Shown here piece after piece: positions 18,766 to 28,417 of a DNA stretch of 37,052 bases. The DNA lies in the NCBI GenBank assembly GCA_037441705.1, contig JBBIRR010000039.1, positions 1 to 37,052 on the forward strand. The letters run 5' to 3'. Below the pieces are notes generated by a model. It saw nothing but the letters and a program-made list of their open reading frames with translations. It made no database searches and had not been told where the DNA came from. The position numbers and the translations under genes are program-made. The DNA is from Ignavibacteriales bacterium (GTDB taxonomy: Bacteria > Bacteroidota > Ignavibacteria > UBA10030 > UBA6906). Numbering within the stretch: position 1 is the first letter of the stretch; every line of letters begins with the position of its first letter.

Positions 18766-19761
18766 TTAGAGCGTGAGCAAGAAGTACTGAACGAGTTTCA
18801 CCAAACGCGAAGAGTTTCGGATATCCTGGTTGTGGTAGTCGGTCCATAAGTACTTGCCCGTGCCGTTGTAGTTTTCGATAATCACGCCGACGGCGGGAGA
18901 AGTGTTCTTGATAACACCGTAGATTTTCGAATTCGTGGGAGGGTTGGAGAATTTCTCGTAACCGGATAGCCGCCGGGAATCAATCGAAGAGTCCCATGCT
19001 GCGACTGTAAATCCTACGAAGTTCGACAACCCCTGGTCAATAATCTGCAGGGTGTCGGTTGAAGGACTTCCCTGATAGTCGCGTGTCGTGTAGAACGGAG
19101 GCCAAATGCGTTGGAGGTGATAGTAATTGTAGTGGCCGCCGTACATCTTTCCGCCGCCCTGAACGTACCGGCCGTAGACGCGGGACAGAAGTGCGTAGGA
19201 CGATCCCCCTTCCGATCCTCCATGACAGTTAGAAAAGACGAGCGAGTACTGCCTCAGGAAGTTCAACAGCCCGGTGGAATCGGCGTTGGCAGAATCGCGC
19301 ATGGCGGTAATGGTTGTAGAGTCGAACGTGGTGAAGCCAACGATGCGAAGAATGGTTTCGAGTTGTTCGGCACTCGCTTTGACAACAAGAACCCGTACCG
19401 ATGTGTTCTGCTGCAATGTAATGGTGCCTGCATTCGTTCCGGAAGGACTGGCGGCAACGTTCACGGGGATCTCTGCCCGAAACGCGGTTCCAATAGTTGC
19501 CACAAGAATCTGCGGCCCGGCTGGGGACTGGATTGTTGCTTGACCATTGGCATCCGTATAGGCCGAGAATTTCGGATCGGACGAAGGCGGATTCTTGAGC
19601 GTGAGCAAGGCACCACCCTGTGGTTGCCCCTGAGGATTGAGAACCGTCGCGGTGACCGGATACGTAACCTCCGTGCTTGTCGGATTCTCATCCTTCTTGC
19701 AGCCAACGACTGCTACAGCCAACACGCCCGCGACAACAGCGCAAAGAAGCAAGTACTTCAT
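18766..19761 (-). CDS. Lipoprotein with a carboxypeptidase-regulatory-like beta-sandwich and an alpha/beta C-terminal domain
   Basis: Signal peptide II ending VAVVG|CKKDE, AAGGGAGA RBS, VLNPQGQPQGGA...TDANGQ (prealbumin-like pattern), then a C-domain with YSLVFSNCHGG...YVQGGGKMY. Confidence 0.75.
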   Translation of the reverse strand: MKYLLLCAVVAGVLAVAVVGCKKDENPTSTEVTYPVTATVLNPQGQPQGGALLTLKNPPSSDPKFSAYTDANGQATIQSPAGPQILVATIGTAFRAEIPVNVAASPSGTNAGTITLQQNTSVRVLVVKASAEQLETILRIVGFTTFDSTTITAMRDSANADSTGLLNFLRQYSLVFSNCHGGSEGGSSYALLSRVYGRYVQGGGKMYGGHYNYYHLQRIWPPFYTTRDYQGSPSTDTLQIIDQGLSNFVGFTVAAWDSSIDSRRLSGYEKFSNPPTNSKIYGVIKNTSPAVGVIIENYNGTGKYLWTDYHNQDIRNSSRLVKLVQYFLLTL

Positions 19762-19930
19762 TGTATCTCCCTTTGATTAATTGTTGTGGATTGGTGAGAA
19801 CTCACCGTGAGATTGGTCGAAGCCCTACGCACAAAGGTACTACGTTGGTATGATTTTCGTGTGAGGGCGCGCACCATTTTGGTTGCGACCCATTTTCTCT
19901 GCCTTGGCAATTTGCTAAGTCTTCTCGGCA

Positions 19931-19976
19931 CCTGAGCGCAGTCCCGCCGTTTCTCAGGCGGGACGGAGTCGAAGGG
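19931..19976. repeat. REP-like cctgagcgcagtc|gaaggg interrupted by a GC hairpin
   Basis: Perfect stem gtcccgcc-gtttctca-ggcgggac (19941-19964), flanked by gcagtc and ggagtc. Confidence 0.45.
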
Positions 19977-20107
19977 TGTTCCGCGCCTACAGACCGGCTC
20001 CGCCGTGTCCTGATGTGAGGAACGCTGAATGCTTGCGTTGACGATGCGCGGTGTTTGCACGCGTCAAGCTACGGCACCGGTTCCTTGGTTCTTGCAGCAA
20101 TCGTGCA

Positions 20108-20200
20108 GTCACGGAGTGACCTCATGACCATAGCCCGACCTTTCAAGGTCGGGACACGAATTATACGCATCATCACACCCGTCGCGTAGCGACGGACTGA
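20108..20200 (+). repeat. Three-hairpin REP/MITE-like element, copy 2
   Basis: Identical cores tagcccgacctttcaaggtcggga and ccgtcgcgtagcgacgga; same orientation as the copy at 18164. Confidence 0.8.
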
Positions 20201-20317
20201 GACTCTGTGTGAGGGGCAGAAAATCGGCGAACCGAGGTCGTCGCTACTGCCTTGAACCTCACACCTCCAACCCCAAACCGCTTCGCGCATCTGCGATTGA
20301 ACATCGTGACTGCCGAA

Positions 20318-20354
20318 CAAACAACAAAAGGGCGAGCCGGTGAGACTCGCCCTT
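20318..20354 (-). terminator. Intrinsic terminator after the large secreted protein gene
   Basis: Stem aagggcgag / ctcgccctt (20328-20354), followed on the minus strand by a T-rich tail (TTGTTGTTTG). Confidence 0.65.
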
Positions 20355-20380
20355 CTGGCTTCGGCAAAGGACGCGTGTCC

Positions 20381-23300
20381 TTACTTCACCAGCATCATTT
20401 TCTTCAGGCTCGTGAACGTTTCGCCCGTCACCAACCCTTTCGCTTCGAAGCGATAGAAGTACACGCCCGTGCCGACGTTGCTTCCAGCGTTGTTCGTGCC
20501 ATCCCACGTCGCAATGAAGTATCCGGCAGGCCGCACTTCATCCGCAAGACTTGCCACTTCCTGACCGAGGATGTTGTAGATCTTCAGCCGGATGATGCTC
20601 TCCTGCGGCAGCCCGAAGCGGATTTGTGTACTCGGGTTGAACGGGTTGGGGTAGTTCTGCGTGAGCATGTACTGCTCCGGTATCCCCGATCCGCTTTCGG
20701 CTACGTCCGTCAGCACATCAAGTCGAACGGGCACTCGTACCCGCGGGGCGAGCGGGTCATTGTTGTTGATGAGCAGTGCGGCATTCGCCGTCCCGCCGGG
20801 TAGAAGCGCGGTCGTTACTTTGAAGCCCATCGTGGTGCTGTCGCCGGGAGCCACCGTGCCGCTGCCCGCCGTCGTTACGGTCAGCCAGCGTCCGCTGGCC
20901 GTCACGAACTGCGTGTAGTACAGGCTGGTGAGCGCGCCCTGCGTGATCGTCGCCGGTGGAGGATAGATTGTCTGCGCCAGCCCGCCGGTCAACGTGCCGA
21001 AGGAGATGGGCACGGGTACCGGCGCCGAGGCCTGCCAGTAGTACGTGAGTCCAGAAAGTGCGGGCCAGTTCACACCGATGGCGTAGCGCTTGCCCGCTTC
21101 GAGCAAAATGTTGACGGGACCAGAGGAATACCACTGCGTCCCGGTGCCGGAGTTCGGAATGACTTGCTCGAAAATTTTTGTGAAGCTCGTTCCCGTCGTG
21201 TTCTCGTACACCACAAAGCGTAACTCGCGGGAGGTGGTGATGATGAGATACGAACGAATCTCCAACAACTGCACGGGGGTGGTCACCTGCACCACGCCGC
21301 CGCGCATCAGGCCGCTGGAGGTTGCCAGACTCAGTGAACTGTTGCCGCAGTTGTCTTCGGTGTAGCCGGCAAAGCCTCCCTCAATGGCGGAGCTGTACTC
21401 CAACGGCCCCGCACCGTTGTTGCGAATCACCACGCTCGCCGTCGTGCTGTCGCCGCGATTAATCGTGAACTGGAACGAATCGGGCCGCACGACGATTGCC
21501 GGCGCCGGATTGACGAGGAAGCGCACCTGAACCGTGTCGCTGCTGTTGGCCGGATCGTTGCCCGCAACAATCAAGCTGGTGGTGTACACGCCCGGCGCTG
21601 CGCCGATGAAGTTCACATGCGCACGAACGAGATGCGTACTGCTGCCCGGCACAGAGCCGCTCGCAGGAGTGGCACTCAACCATGTGACGGCAGGCGACTC
21701 CGTTATGGTATAGTTGAGTGATGTACCGAACGGGTTGTTGTTTCGTACGCTGAAGACGTAGCTTGTCGAATCGTTCGTGTTCACAAGCACGGTGTCCGCG
21801 ATGCTTTGCGGAGAAACGACCATCTCGGGAACGCCCGTCGGCACGCCGAAGAACACGTCGTCAATGAACCAATCGTCCTGCCGCGTGCTGGTCACCGTCG
21901 TTGCCCGACTGCGGAACCGGAACTGGAATCCGTTATAGAAGAACGTGCCTGCACCGGCGCTCACGCTGTCCATGTTGAAACGGGCGAACTGGAAGTCACG
22001 CACCGCCGAGCCGGGAAGTTTCAACAGCGGCAGCCACTGACCGAGACTGTTGCGCGCCTCGCACACAAGGCTGTCCGCCGCTTCGGGTGGGTCACCGGCG
22101 CCTTGCGGTTGATGGAAGAAGCCGAGCGTCACGCCCATCCCCGCGAGCGTACTCATGTCGATGCCTCTCGACGTAATCGTATCGAGTCCCAGACCGGACG
22201 CATTGCCGGCGAGGTTGAGCGCAAAGGACGGACTGGGTGGATTGACCGCGTCGGCGTTCACGACGGTATTCTGATTGATCCAGACCAGAGAATCAGGTGC
22301 GCCCGCGGTCGGGAACGTTTGCATGATCGGAATCTCGAGCGGCGTCAGTCCGGTGTTGCTCGGCGCGCTTTCGTTGATCGGCACTTCATTATCAATCGCC
22401 GTCACGTAATACGAATGCAGTCCCGGCGGCGGAGAGTTCGTTGTGCTGTCGGCTCGCGCGGTATCCGTCGTGGCGCGCGTCAGCGTGGCAATCAGCGACC
22501 CGTTGCGATAGAGCCGGATGCCTGCAAAGTCGTTCAGGATGGTTCCGTCCACCTGTTGCGAGGGATTCGTCCATCTGATCTTGTAGCCTGTCGCTGCCGT
22601 ACCTGTTACGCTCAGGTTCGTGGGCGCTTTCGGCGTCAGCGCACCGCCTGCAATCCACGGGGCGGTCTGGGCTTCAGGACTGAGACTGTCGTTTGCCGTA
22701 AGCCGTGTTTGCAGGATATAGGTGTAGGTCTGCCCGCGAATAAGCCCGGTATCCGTAAAGCTTGTGTCGGTGCTGGGCCGCTCGGTAATCTGCACGCCGT
22801 TGCGCTTGATGCGGATGACAAACGGACCGATCGGATCACCGCTGACCAGCGTGGTCGGATTGCGCCAGCGCAGCAGCATCGAGGTAGGCGTGCGGTAGTC
22901 ACTGAATGCACTTACGTTGGTCGGGGGATTCGGGTCGCTTGGATCGGCATAAACAACAAGTTCAACGTACGCCTTGTTGATGCCCGTTCTTCTGTCCGTC
23001 CAGCAGGGCCATGCTCTGCCGCCCCACGCTGCGGTTTCATAGTAGTCGCCGTTGTAGGTCGAGTTCGTGTTGGGTGTACCTTGAGGCCGCAGCGGAGTTC
23101 GTACGTCGCTGACTATAAAATTCTCCCACGTATTCCCTCCATCATTTGAAAATGCAGCATACCGATTGAAGAGGGAGTCGGCGTACACCGAACCGGTGGT
23201 ATCCTTGCTGTGATAGCCGACGGTGATGCCGCCCGTAATCTGATCCACGGCGATTGAAGCCATCCACTGCCACTTGTTGGCTGCAGCGTCCGGCCCGTTG

Positions 23301-24385
23301 ACGCGAATGGCGCTGCTCCATGTTGCACCGCCATCCGTCGAGCGACGGAGGTAAACGTCCGCCTGACCGGTGGAGGGTACATCAAGCTCCGGTGTCACGA
23401 CGTAAATCCAGCCCCGTCGCGGACCGTTGGAGCGGTCAACATCGAAGTACGGAAAGCTTGCCGCGCGCGTGTTATTGAGAATCGCAATGCCGGCGTTGGA
23501 GATGCGTATGCCATTGATCGGAAAGGCGATGGCGGGCGTCGAAAACGTTGCGCCGCCGTCGGTGGATTTCGCGAACCCGATCCCAACTTCTGCCGTCCCC
23601 GTCGTGTAGTGTGCCCACATCACGTACACTTCGCCGTTGGGACCGGTGGAGATGTGAACACCCTGCCCGCGGTTGGAGCCGATCTGCAGCACCTGGCCTG
23701 CCCCCCAGGTCTGCCCCTGATCGGTCGAACGGCTGAACACCACAGGCGAACCCGTCCTGCCGAAATCCGTCCACGCAGCATACACATTGTTCGGGTACAC
23801 GCCGGAGTGATCGGCGCAGGCATGTTGCTTGTCATCGTTCGTGCTGTTGAGCACGTCTGCGTTGGAGCGTGCACTCCATGTCGCACCCAGAGTCGTTGTC
23901 GATACGAAGTAGATGCCGCCCGGCGAGCCAAGCGTGCAGAAGTATGCCCGTCCGCTCACGTCAAAGAAGGCAACCGGATCGCCGAAGCTGTCGATGATGT
24001 TGGGCGGAAGGTCTTCGCTCTGGAACGGCCACGTCGCACCCGCATCCGTGCTGAATGCCCACGTCTGATGCACGACCGGGTTCGCGCCGGGAATGCGACC
24101 GTTGGTCGAGACCATGAGCTGGTTAGGATTGGCGGGATTGACACCGATCGAGTTTTCGCTTTGCGCATTGGGGGAAGGATTGAAGATGGGAATATCCGGC
24201 CTGTTGGGCGGATTGTCGCCTGGAACAGGCAGAACCGATTCGGGCGCGGGCCGCGCAGGGGCATCAAGACCTAACTTCCAACGCTTGGCGGCGTTCCACA
24301 TCGCCGACAGATCTTGCGCGTACGACGTCGCTGCAAACATCAGAGCTATCGCCCCACACAACAACGGGAAAAGTTTTCGAAGCAT
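20381..24385 (-). CDS. Large secreted protein: BNR/Asp-box beta-propeller, FN3 and Ig-like modules, and a T9SS/FlgD-type C-terminal domain
   Basis: Signal peptide; Asp-boxes STDAGATW, STDQGQTW, STDGGATF, STDGGATW and SNDGGNTW; two FN3-like repeats (PNPPTN..LRW.NP / PKAPTN..IRWTNP); BACON-like WLSATPASGSV; C-terminal QNYPNPFNPST...IYNILGQ...GVYFYR...KKMMLVK. Confidence 0.88.
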   Translation of the reverse strand: MLRKLFPLLCGAIALMFAATSYAQDLSAMWNAAKRWKLGLDAPARPAPESVLPVPGDNPPNRPDIPIFNPSPNAQSENSIGVNPANPNQLMVSTNGRIPGANPVVHQTWAFSTDAGATWPFQSEDLPPNIIDSFGDPVAFFDVSGRAYFCTLGSPGGIYFVSTTTLGATWSARSNADVLNSTNDDKQHACADHSGVYPNNVYAAWTDFGRTGSPVVFSRSTDQGQTWGAGQVLQIGSNRGQGVHISTGPNGEVYVMWAHYTTGTAEVGIGFAKSTDGGATFSTPAIAFPINGIRISNAGIAILNNTRAASFPYFDVDRSNGPRRGWIYVVTPELDVPSTGQADVYLRRSTDGGATWSSAIRVNGPDAAANKWQWMASIAVDQITGGITVGYHSKDTTGSVYADSLFNRYAAFSNDGGNTWENFIVSDVRTPLRPQGTPNTNSTYNGDYYETAAWGGRAWPCWTDRRTGINKAYVELVVYADPSDPNPPTNVSAFSDYRTPTSMLLRWRNPTTLVSGDPIGPFVIRIKRNGVQITERPSTDTSFTDTGLIRGQTYTYILQTRLTANDSLSPEAQTAPWIAGGALTPKAPTNLSVTGTAATGYKIRWTNPSQQVDGTILNDFAGIRLYRNGSLIATLTRATTDTARADSTTNSPPPGLHSYYVTAIDNEVPINESAPSNTGLTPLEIPIMQTFPTAGAPDSLVWINQNTVVNADAVNPPSPSFALNLAGNASGLGLDTITSRGIDMSTLAGMGVTLGFFHQPQGAGDPPEAADSLVCEARNSLGQWLPLLKLPGSAVRDFQFARFNMDSVSAGAGTFFYNGFQFRFRSRATTVTSTRQDDWFIDDVFFGVPTGVPEMVVSPQSIADTVLVNTNDSTSYVFSVRNNNPFGTSLNYTITESPAVTWLSATPASGSVPGSSTHLVRAHVNFIGAAPGVYTTSLIVAGNDPANSSDTVQVRFLVNPAPAIVVRPDSFQFTINRGDSTTASVVIRNNGAGPLEYSSAIEGGFAGYTEDNCGNSSLSLATSSGLMRGGVVQVTTPVQLLEIRSYLIITTSRELRFVVYENTTGTSFTKIFEQVIPNSGTGTQWYSSGPVNILLEAGKRYAIGVNWPALSGLTYYWQASAPVPVPISFGTLTGGLAQTIYPPPATITQGALTSLYYTQFVTASGRWLTVTTAGSGTVAPGDSTTMGFKVTTALLPGGTANAALLINNNDPLAPRVRVPVRLDVLTDVAESGSGIPEQYMLTQNYPNPFNPSTQIRFGLPQESIIRLKIYNILGQEVASLADEVRPAGYFIATWDGTNNAGSNVGTGVYFYRFEAKGLVTGETFTSLKKMMLVK

Positions 24386-24671
24386 AGCAGCTCCTTGGAG
24401 TATGGTGTTAGAAAGATTGTAAGCGAGATTTCGACGCGAACTTCACACGGCAGAAAAAGGAAGGACACTTCACGATGAATGCCGCTTCGCCACGTTCCCC
24501 TGAAACGATTCCTGAAGTCCCCGGAAGAAAAGCTGGGTGAAGAACTTTCGATAGATCCCTCAGGAAAATACAAAGAGGGTTCAGCACATGCAAGCAGCCC
24601 GGCTTGTTTTCGGCAGCGGACCGGGTCAGGCACCATCACGCCCACATGGTCAGGGCGCGGCATTACTTCTG

Positions 24672-24938
24672 CTAGAGCTGTACCGCAGCGCCAGGCTGAT
24701 TGCTTCTGCTGGCTTCCCACTCCTTGAACCGCTGCACATCTTTCATGATGGAACGGACGAGAAAGCCGAGCATGGCCGCGTCGTCAATCACCCCAACGCC
24801 CGGAATGAAATCGGGAATGATATCAAACGGATTGACGGCATAGATGCCGACGAGGAGAAGCACGAAGAGCGTCCCCCACGGCATGACACGGTAGGAGCCG
24901 TTGAGCCACGATCGTATGAGGCGGGCGAAGTCGCGCAT
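24672..24938 (-). CDS. YkvA / DUF1232 family membrane protein
   Basis: G.YR.MPW and YAVNPFDIIPDFIPGVGVIDD signature. Confidence 0.85.
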   Translation of the reverse strand: MRDFARLIRSWLNGSYRVMPWGTLFVLLLVGIYAVNPFDIIPDFIPGVGVIDDAAMLGFLVRSIMKDVQRFKEWEASRSNQPGAAVQL

Positions 24939-24992
24939 AACAAACCATCATCGTTGAGAAAAAGTATGAAACCTCTCATCCACATGCAACGC

Positions 24993-27158
24993 CTACACCA
25001 TGCCGTTCCTCTTCCGCACAAACCACTCTGCAGCAAACAGCAGCACAACCCCCGCAAGCATGTAGGGCCAGTTCCACAACTCACGCTCGCGCACAGTTCT
25101 GATCTCGCGGGGCGCAAATGATGCTCGCTCGCGTAATCGGGAGGGAAGCTGCGACAGCTCCGAGGGAAGCAGAAACTCTCCGCCCGAACGCGCGGCAAGC
25201 TGTCGGAGAAGCTGCACATTCATGCGCGTGTCCTGATACTCGAGGTTCAGCTCACCGATGGAGAACCTGCCGCGGTCCTCGCCGAGAGGCTGCCCCTCCA
25301 CGGTCGCCGTTGCTTTGAACGTGTAATCACCTTTCGGTAAACCTTCCAGCGTTCCTTCGTAGCGCCCGTTGCCGATGGGACGCAGGACAGCTTCAAACTC
25401 ATTTCCGTTCTGAACCGCCGAGACGCGCAGCGTTGCATTCTCGACGGGGTGGGCACTTGCATCGTACACCTGTCCGACAAACTCGATCGGCTCGCCCTGA
25501 GCAAATGCCGGCTTCGCAGGTGTAGCCTTCACGGGGCGGGACTCATCACGCGTCGTCAACCAGCGGACGCTGTTGGAGAGAAACGTTGCCAGAAGTTGTT
25601 CCGTCTGCGGGGTGCCTTGCGCCATCAACCGCCAGCGCCAGATGCCGTAGCCGAGCACGGCCAGTGTTTTCTGCCGGTTCACATTCCGGATGGCAACCAG
25701 CGGCTCGTTCAGCACAATCGTATTGATGCGTGTGTTGGCAAGAACAGTCGCTTCGGGTTTGATCCGGTACGTCGCCTGCCTCCTGAACACGGGCGGAAGT
25801 CGCTTCCAGCTTTCGGTGCCTTCCTCGGTATTCGTGGCAAGAATCGGATGATGCTTCTGCGTCGGGAGAGGATCGGCAAACACAAGCTGTTCATTCGACG
25901 ACATTGCCGATGAGGTAAAGGGGAGAATAGAACTCAACGTCGCGAGTTTCCGCTCGTCCACCGCCCTGCCGTTGATGAACATCAGCGGGATCGTTCGGCG
26001 GGCAAAGGCGGCCTGCACAAGGGCAAGCGTCGCATCGGACGTTGCGGCAGTCGGAAAACCGATCAGCACCAGACAATCGGCGGAATCGAGCAGCGCGCCC
26101 GGATTCTGCGTCTCATAGAACGATGTCGGGGATTTCTGCGTGAGCGACTGCACCTGGAGATTCTTGTCTTCCCGCATCGTTTGCTTCACCACGGCAAGAT
26201 CCGGGGAGGGCGCACCCGCGATGATCAGCACGCGCAGCTTACTCTTCAACACACGAGCGAGAAACGTGCGCTGGTTGTTGGCCGTCGTAAGTTCACCGGG
26301 CAGGTGAGAAATCCTGACTGTGTACTTCTTCACGCCTTCGCCTTCGGGCACGTACGAAAGCCGCACGGCATACTCTCGCGTACCTTCCTGCACGACGAGC
26401 TGCTTGCGGCTCAGCTCGCGTGCGCCTTCGGCAAGCACGACCTCAAGCTTCTCCTTGTCGTAGCCGGAGCTTTTGATCGTAACATCCACCGGCACTTCCG
26501 TCTCATTGTACACGACTTCGTTCGTTATGAGTTTGGTGATGAGCAGATCTTTCTGTTCCGTCGAATCGCCGATGCCGACGGTGAAGATGGGCATCCCCAG
26601 CCGTTCCGCATCATACACCGGATTCTGGCCGATGTTGTAGTTGCCGTCGCTCACGAGCAGGATGGCGCCGACGTTCGAACGCTCTCGTTCATCGGCAACG
26701 GCACGCAGCGCCGCGCTGATGTTCGTCGCATCGTCGTTGAGCGTGAGGGAGTCGAACACGCCCGCGGCAAGCTCGCGGAACCTGCTGCCGAACGCATAGA
26801 AGTGCACATCGCCGTTCGGAGCGAGCGCGGCGATCTTGTTTGCAGTCAACACCTCCTTCACCTGCTCTGCCCGACTGCCCTGCCCATCCTTGATCGTCAT
26901 GCTCTTGGAGTTATCGAGCAGAACGGCCAGAACAGGCTTCTGGATTGAGCCGGAGACAAGTCGCAGCAGCGGCTCGAACAGGATCATCAGCAGCAGAAAA
27001 AGAGCCGCGCCCCGCAGCGCGATGAGGAGGACTCTCGTCCGACGAGGAACGGGCGGAATCGTGTGTCGGTAGAAAAACCACGCCGCGCCGACCGCGCACG
27101 CGCCGGCGAGGATCACCACGATGGTGGCAACGGAAAAACTGAGGCTGATGTTGGGCAT
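24993..27158 (-). CDS. vWA-domain membrane protein (MoxR partner)
   Basis: N-terminal TM helices with LR...L...EP; MIDAS DNSKSM, TNI and LVSDG; VGIGD; an Ig-like segment ending E....NN; C-terminal EWFVRKR. Start placed at MPNISL. Confidence 0.85.
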   Translation of the reverse strand: MPNISLSFSVATIVVILAGACAVGAAWFFYRHTIPPVPRRTRVLLIALRGAALFLLLMILFEPLLRLVSGSIQKPVLAVLLDNSKSMTIKDGQGSRAEQVKEVLTANKIAALAPNGDVHFYAFGSRFRELAAGVFDSLTLNDDATNISAALRAVADERERSNVGAILLVSDGNYNIGQNPVYDAERLGMPIFTVGIGDSTEQKDLLITKLITNEVVYNETEVPVDVTIKSSGYDKEKLEVVLAEGARELSRKQLVVQEGTREYAVRLSYVPEGEGVKKYTVRISHLPGELTTANNQRTFLARVLKSKLRVLIIAGAPSPDLAVVKQTMREDKNLQVQSLTQKSPTSFYETQNPGALLDSADCLVLIGFPTAATSDATLALVQAAFARRTIPLMFINGRAVDERKLATLSSILPFTSSAMSSNEQLVFADPLPTQKHHPILATNTEEGTESWKRLPPVFRRQATYRIKPEATVLANTRINTIVLNEPLVAIRNVNRQKTLAVLGYGIWRWRLMAQGTPQTEQLLATFLSNSVRWLTTRDESRPVKATPAKPAFAQGEPIEFVGQVYDASAHPVENATLRVSAVQNGNEFEAVLRPIGNGRYEGTLEGLPKGDYTFKATATVEGQPLGEDRGRFSIGELNLEYQDTRMNVQLLRQLAARSGGEFLLPSELSQLPSRLRERASFAPREIRTVRERELWNWPYMLAGVVLLFAAEWFVRKRNGMV

Positions 27159-27223
27159 GGTTCGGTTGGGGATTGCAGAATCCCGATCGGACGTGAAGCG
27201 GCCCGATCGCAATTCGCTCTGCC

Positions 27224-28231
27224 TCAGGTCGTCTCGTTCACGAGCCGCTGCACGATGTCGAGCGCCGTCACGCCGTCGGCTTCGGCGTTAAAGTTGGGAA
27301 CGATCCGGTGACGCAGCACGGGAATCGCCATGGAGCGCACATCGTCAATATCGGGTGTATGCCTGCCGGTGAGCAGCGCGCGGGTCTTTGCACCGAGAAT
27401 AAGGTACTGCGACGCTCTCGGACCGGCGCCCCAGCTCAGCCAGTCCCTGATGAACTGCGGTGCGTGGTCGGTCTTCGGCCGTGTCTTCGTGGCCAGACGC
27501 ACGGCAAACTCAATCACATTATCCGCTACCGGCACTCGTCGCACGAGATTTTGATAGAAGACGATCTCCTCGCCGGAAAGAACGTGGTTCAATGTCGGCG
27601 TCATCGGACTGGTGGTGGTCTTGACGATGAGAAGCTCCTCCTCCTTCGAAGGATAGTCGAGCCACAGGTTGAACATGAAGCGGTCGAGCTGCGCTTCGGG
27701 CAGCGGATACGTTCCTTCCTGCTCGATGGGGTTTTGTGTGGCAAGAACGAAGAACGGCTCCTGCAGCGTGTAGGTTTTGCCCGCGGCAGTCACACGATGC
27801 TCCTGCATGGCCTCAAGCAATGCCGCCTGCGTCTTGGGAGGCGTGCGGTTGATTTCATCGGCAAGGACGATGTTGGCGAAGACCGGCCCGTGGATGAACT
27901 TGAAGGACTTCGCACCGGTCGCCGTGTTCTCTTCGATGATCTCCGTGCCGGTGATGTCGCTGGGCATCAGGTCCGGTGTAAACTGAATGCGGTTGAACGT
28001 CAGATCCAGAACCTGCGCCAGCGTACGGATGAGCAGCGTTTTGGCAAGGCCCGGCACGCCGACAAGCAAACAGTGCCCGCGGGCAAGCAGCGAGATCAGC
28101 AGTTGCTCGACAATCTTGTCCTGCCCGACGATGACCTTGGCGATTTCCTTCCGCAGCGCGTCGTACGCCTCTTTCAGTTGACGTGCAGCGTCAACATCGT
28201 TTGCCCGTTCCACAGCCGTAAGTCGTGCCAA
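27224..28231 (-). CDS. moxR: MoxR-family AAA+ ATPase
   Basis: GVPGLAKT, RIQFTPDLMPSDITG, DEINRTPPKTQAALLEAMQE and ATQNPIEQEGTYPLPEAQLDRF. A TTG start at 28231 follows a GAGGAG RBS. Confidence 0.93.
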   Translation of the reverse strand: MARLTAVERANDVDAARQLKEAYDALRKEIAKVIVGQDKIVEQLLISLLARGHCLLVGVPGLAKTLLIRTLAQVLDLTFNRIQFTPDLMPSDITGTEIIEENTATGAKSFKFIHGPVFANIVLADEINRTPPKTQAALLEAMQEHRVTAAGKTYTLQEPFFVLATQNPIEQEGTYPLPEAQLDRFMFNLWLDYPSKEEELLIVKTTTSPMTPTLNHVLSGEEIVFYQNLVRRVPVADNVIEFAVRLATKTRPKTDHAPQFIRDWLSWGAGPRASQYLILGAKTRALLTGRHTPDIDDVRSMAIPVLRHRIVPNFNAEADGVTALDIVQRLVNETT

Positions 28232-28417
28232 CGTGATTTCTCCTCTCTCTTCAAATGAAACCGCTTGTGTTGTTGATAACAATTTTAATGTAAGAAAGTT
28301 CGGGGTGGAAGGCTATACGGGCAAGAAAAGAGGTTGATTGCCGGGTGCTTTTCCCGTAGGTTGCGGGCAACAGAATTTCATCATCCAGATCACAAACGGA
28401 GATATAGTGAAACAACG

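Noticed and set aside
24386-24670. Long leader of the secreted-protein gene as a possible riboswitch
   Set aside because: No recognisable aptamer consensus by eye; an Rfam/Infernal scan would be needed.
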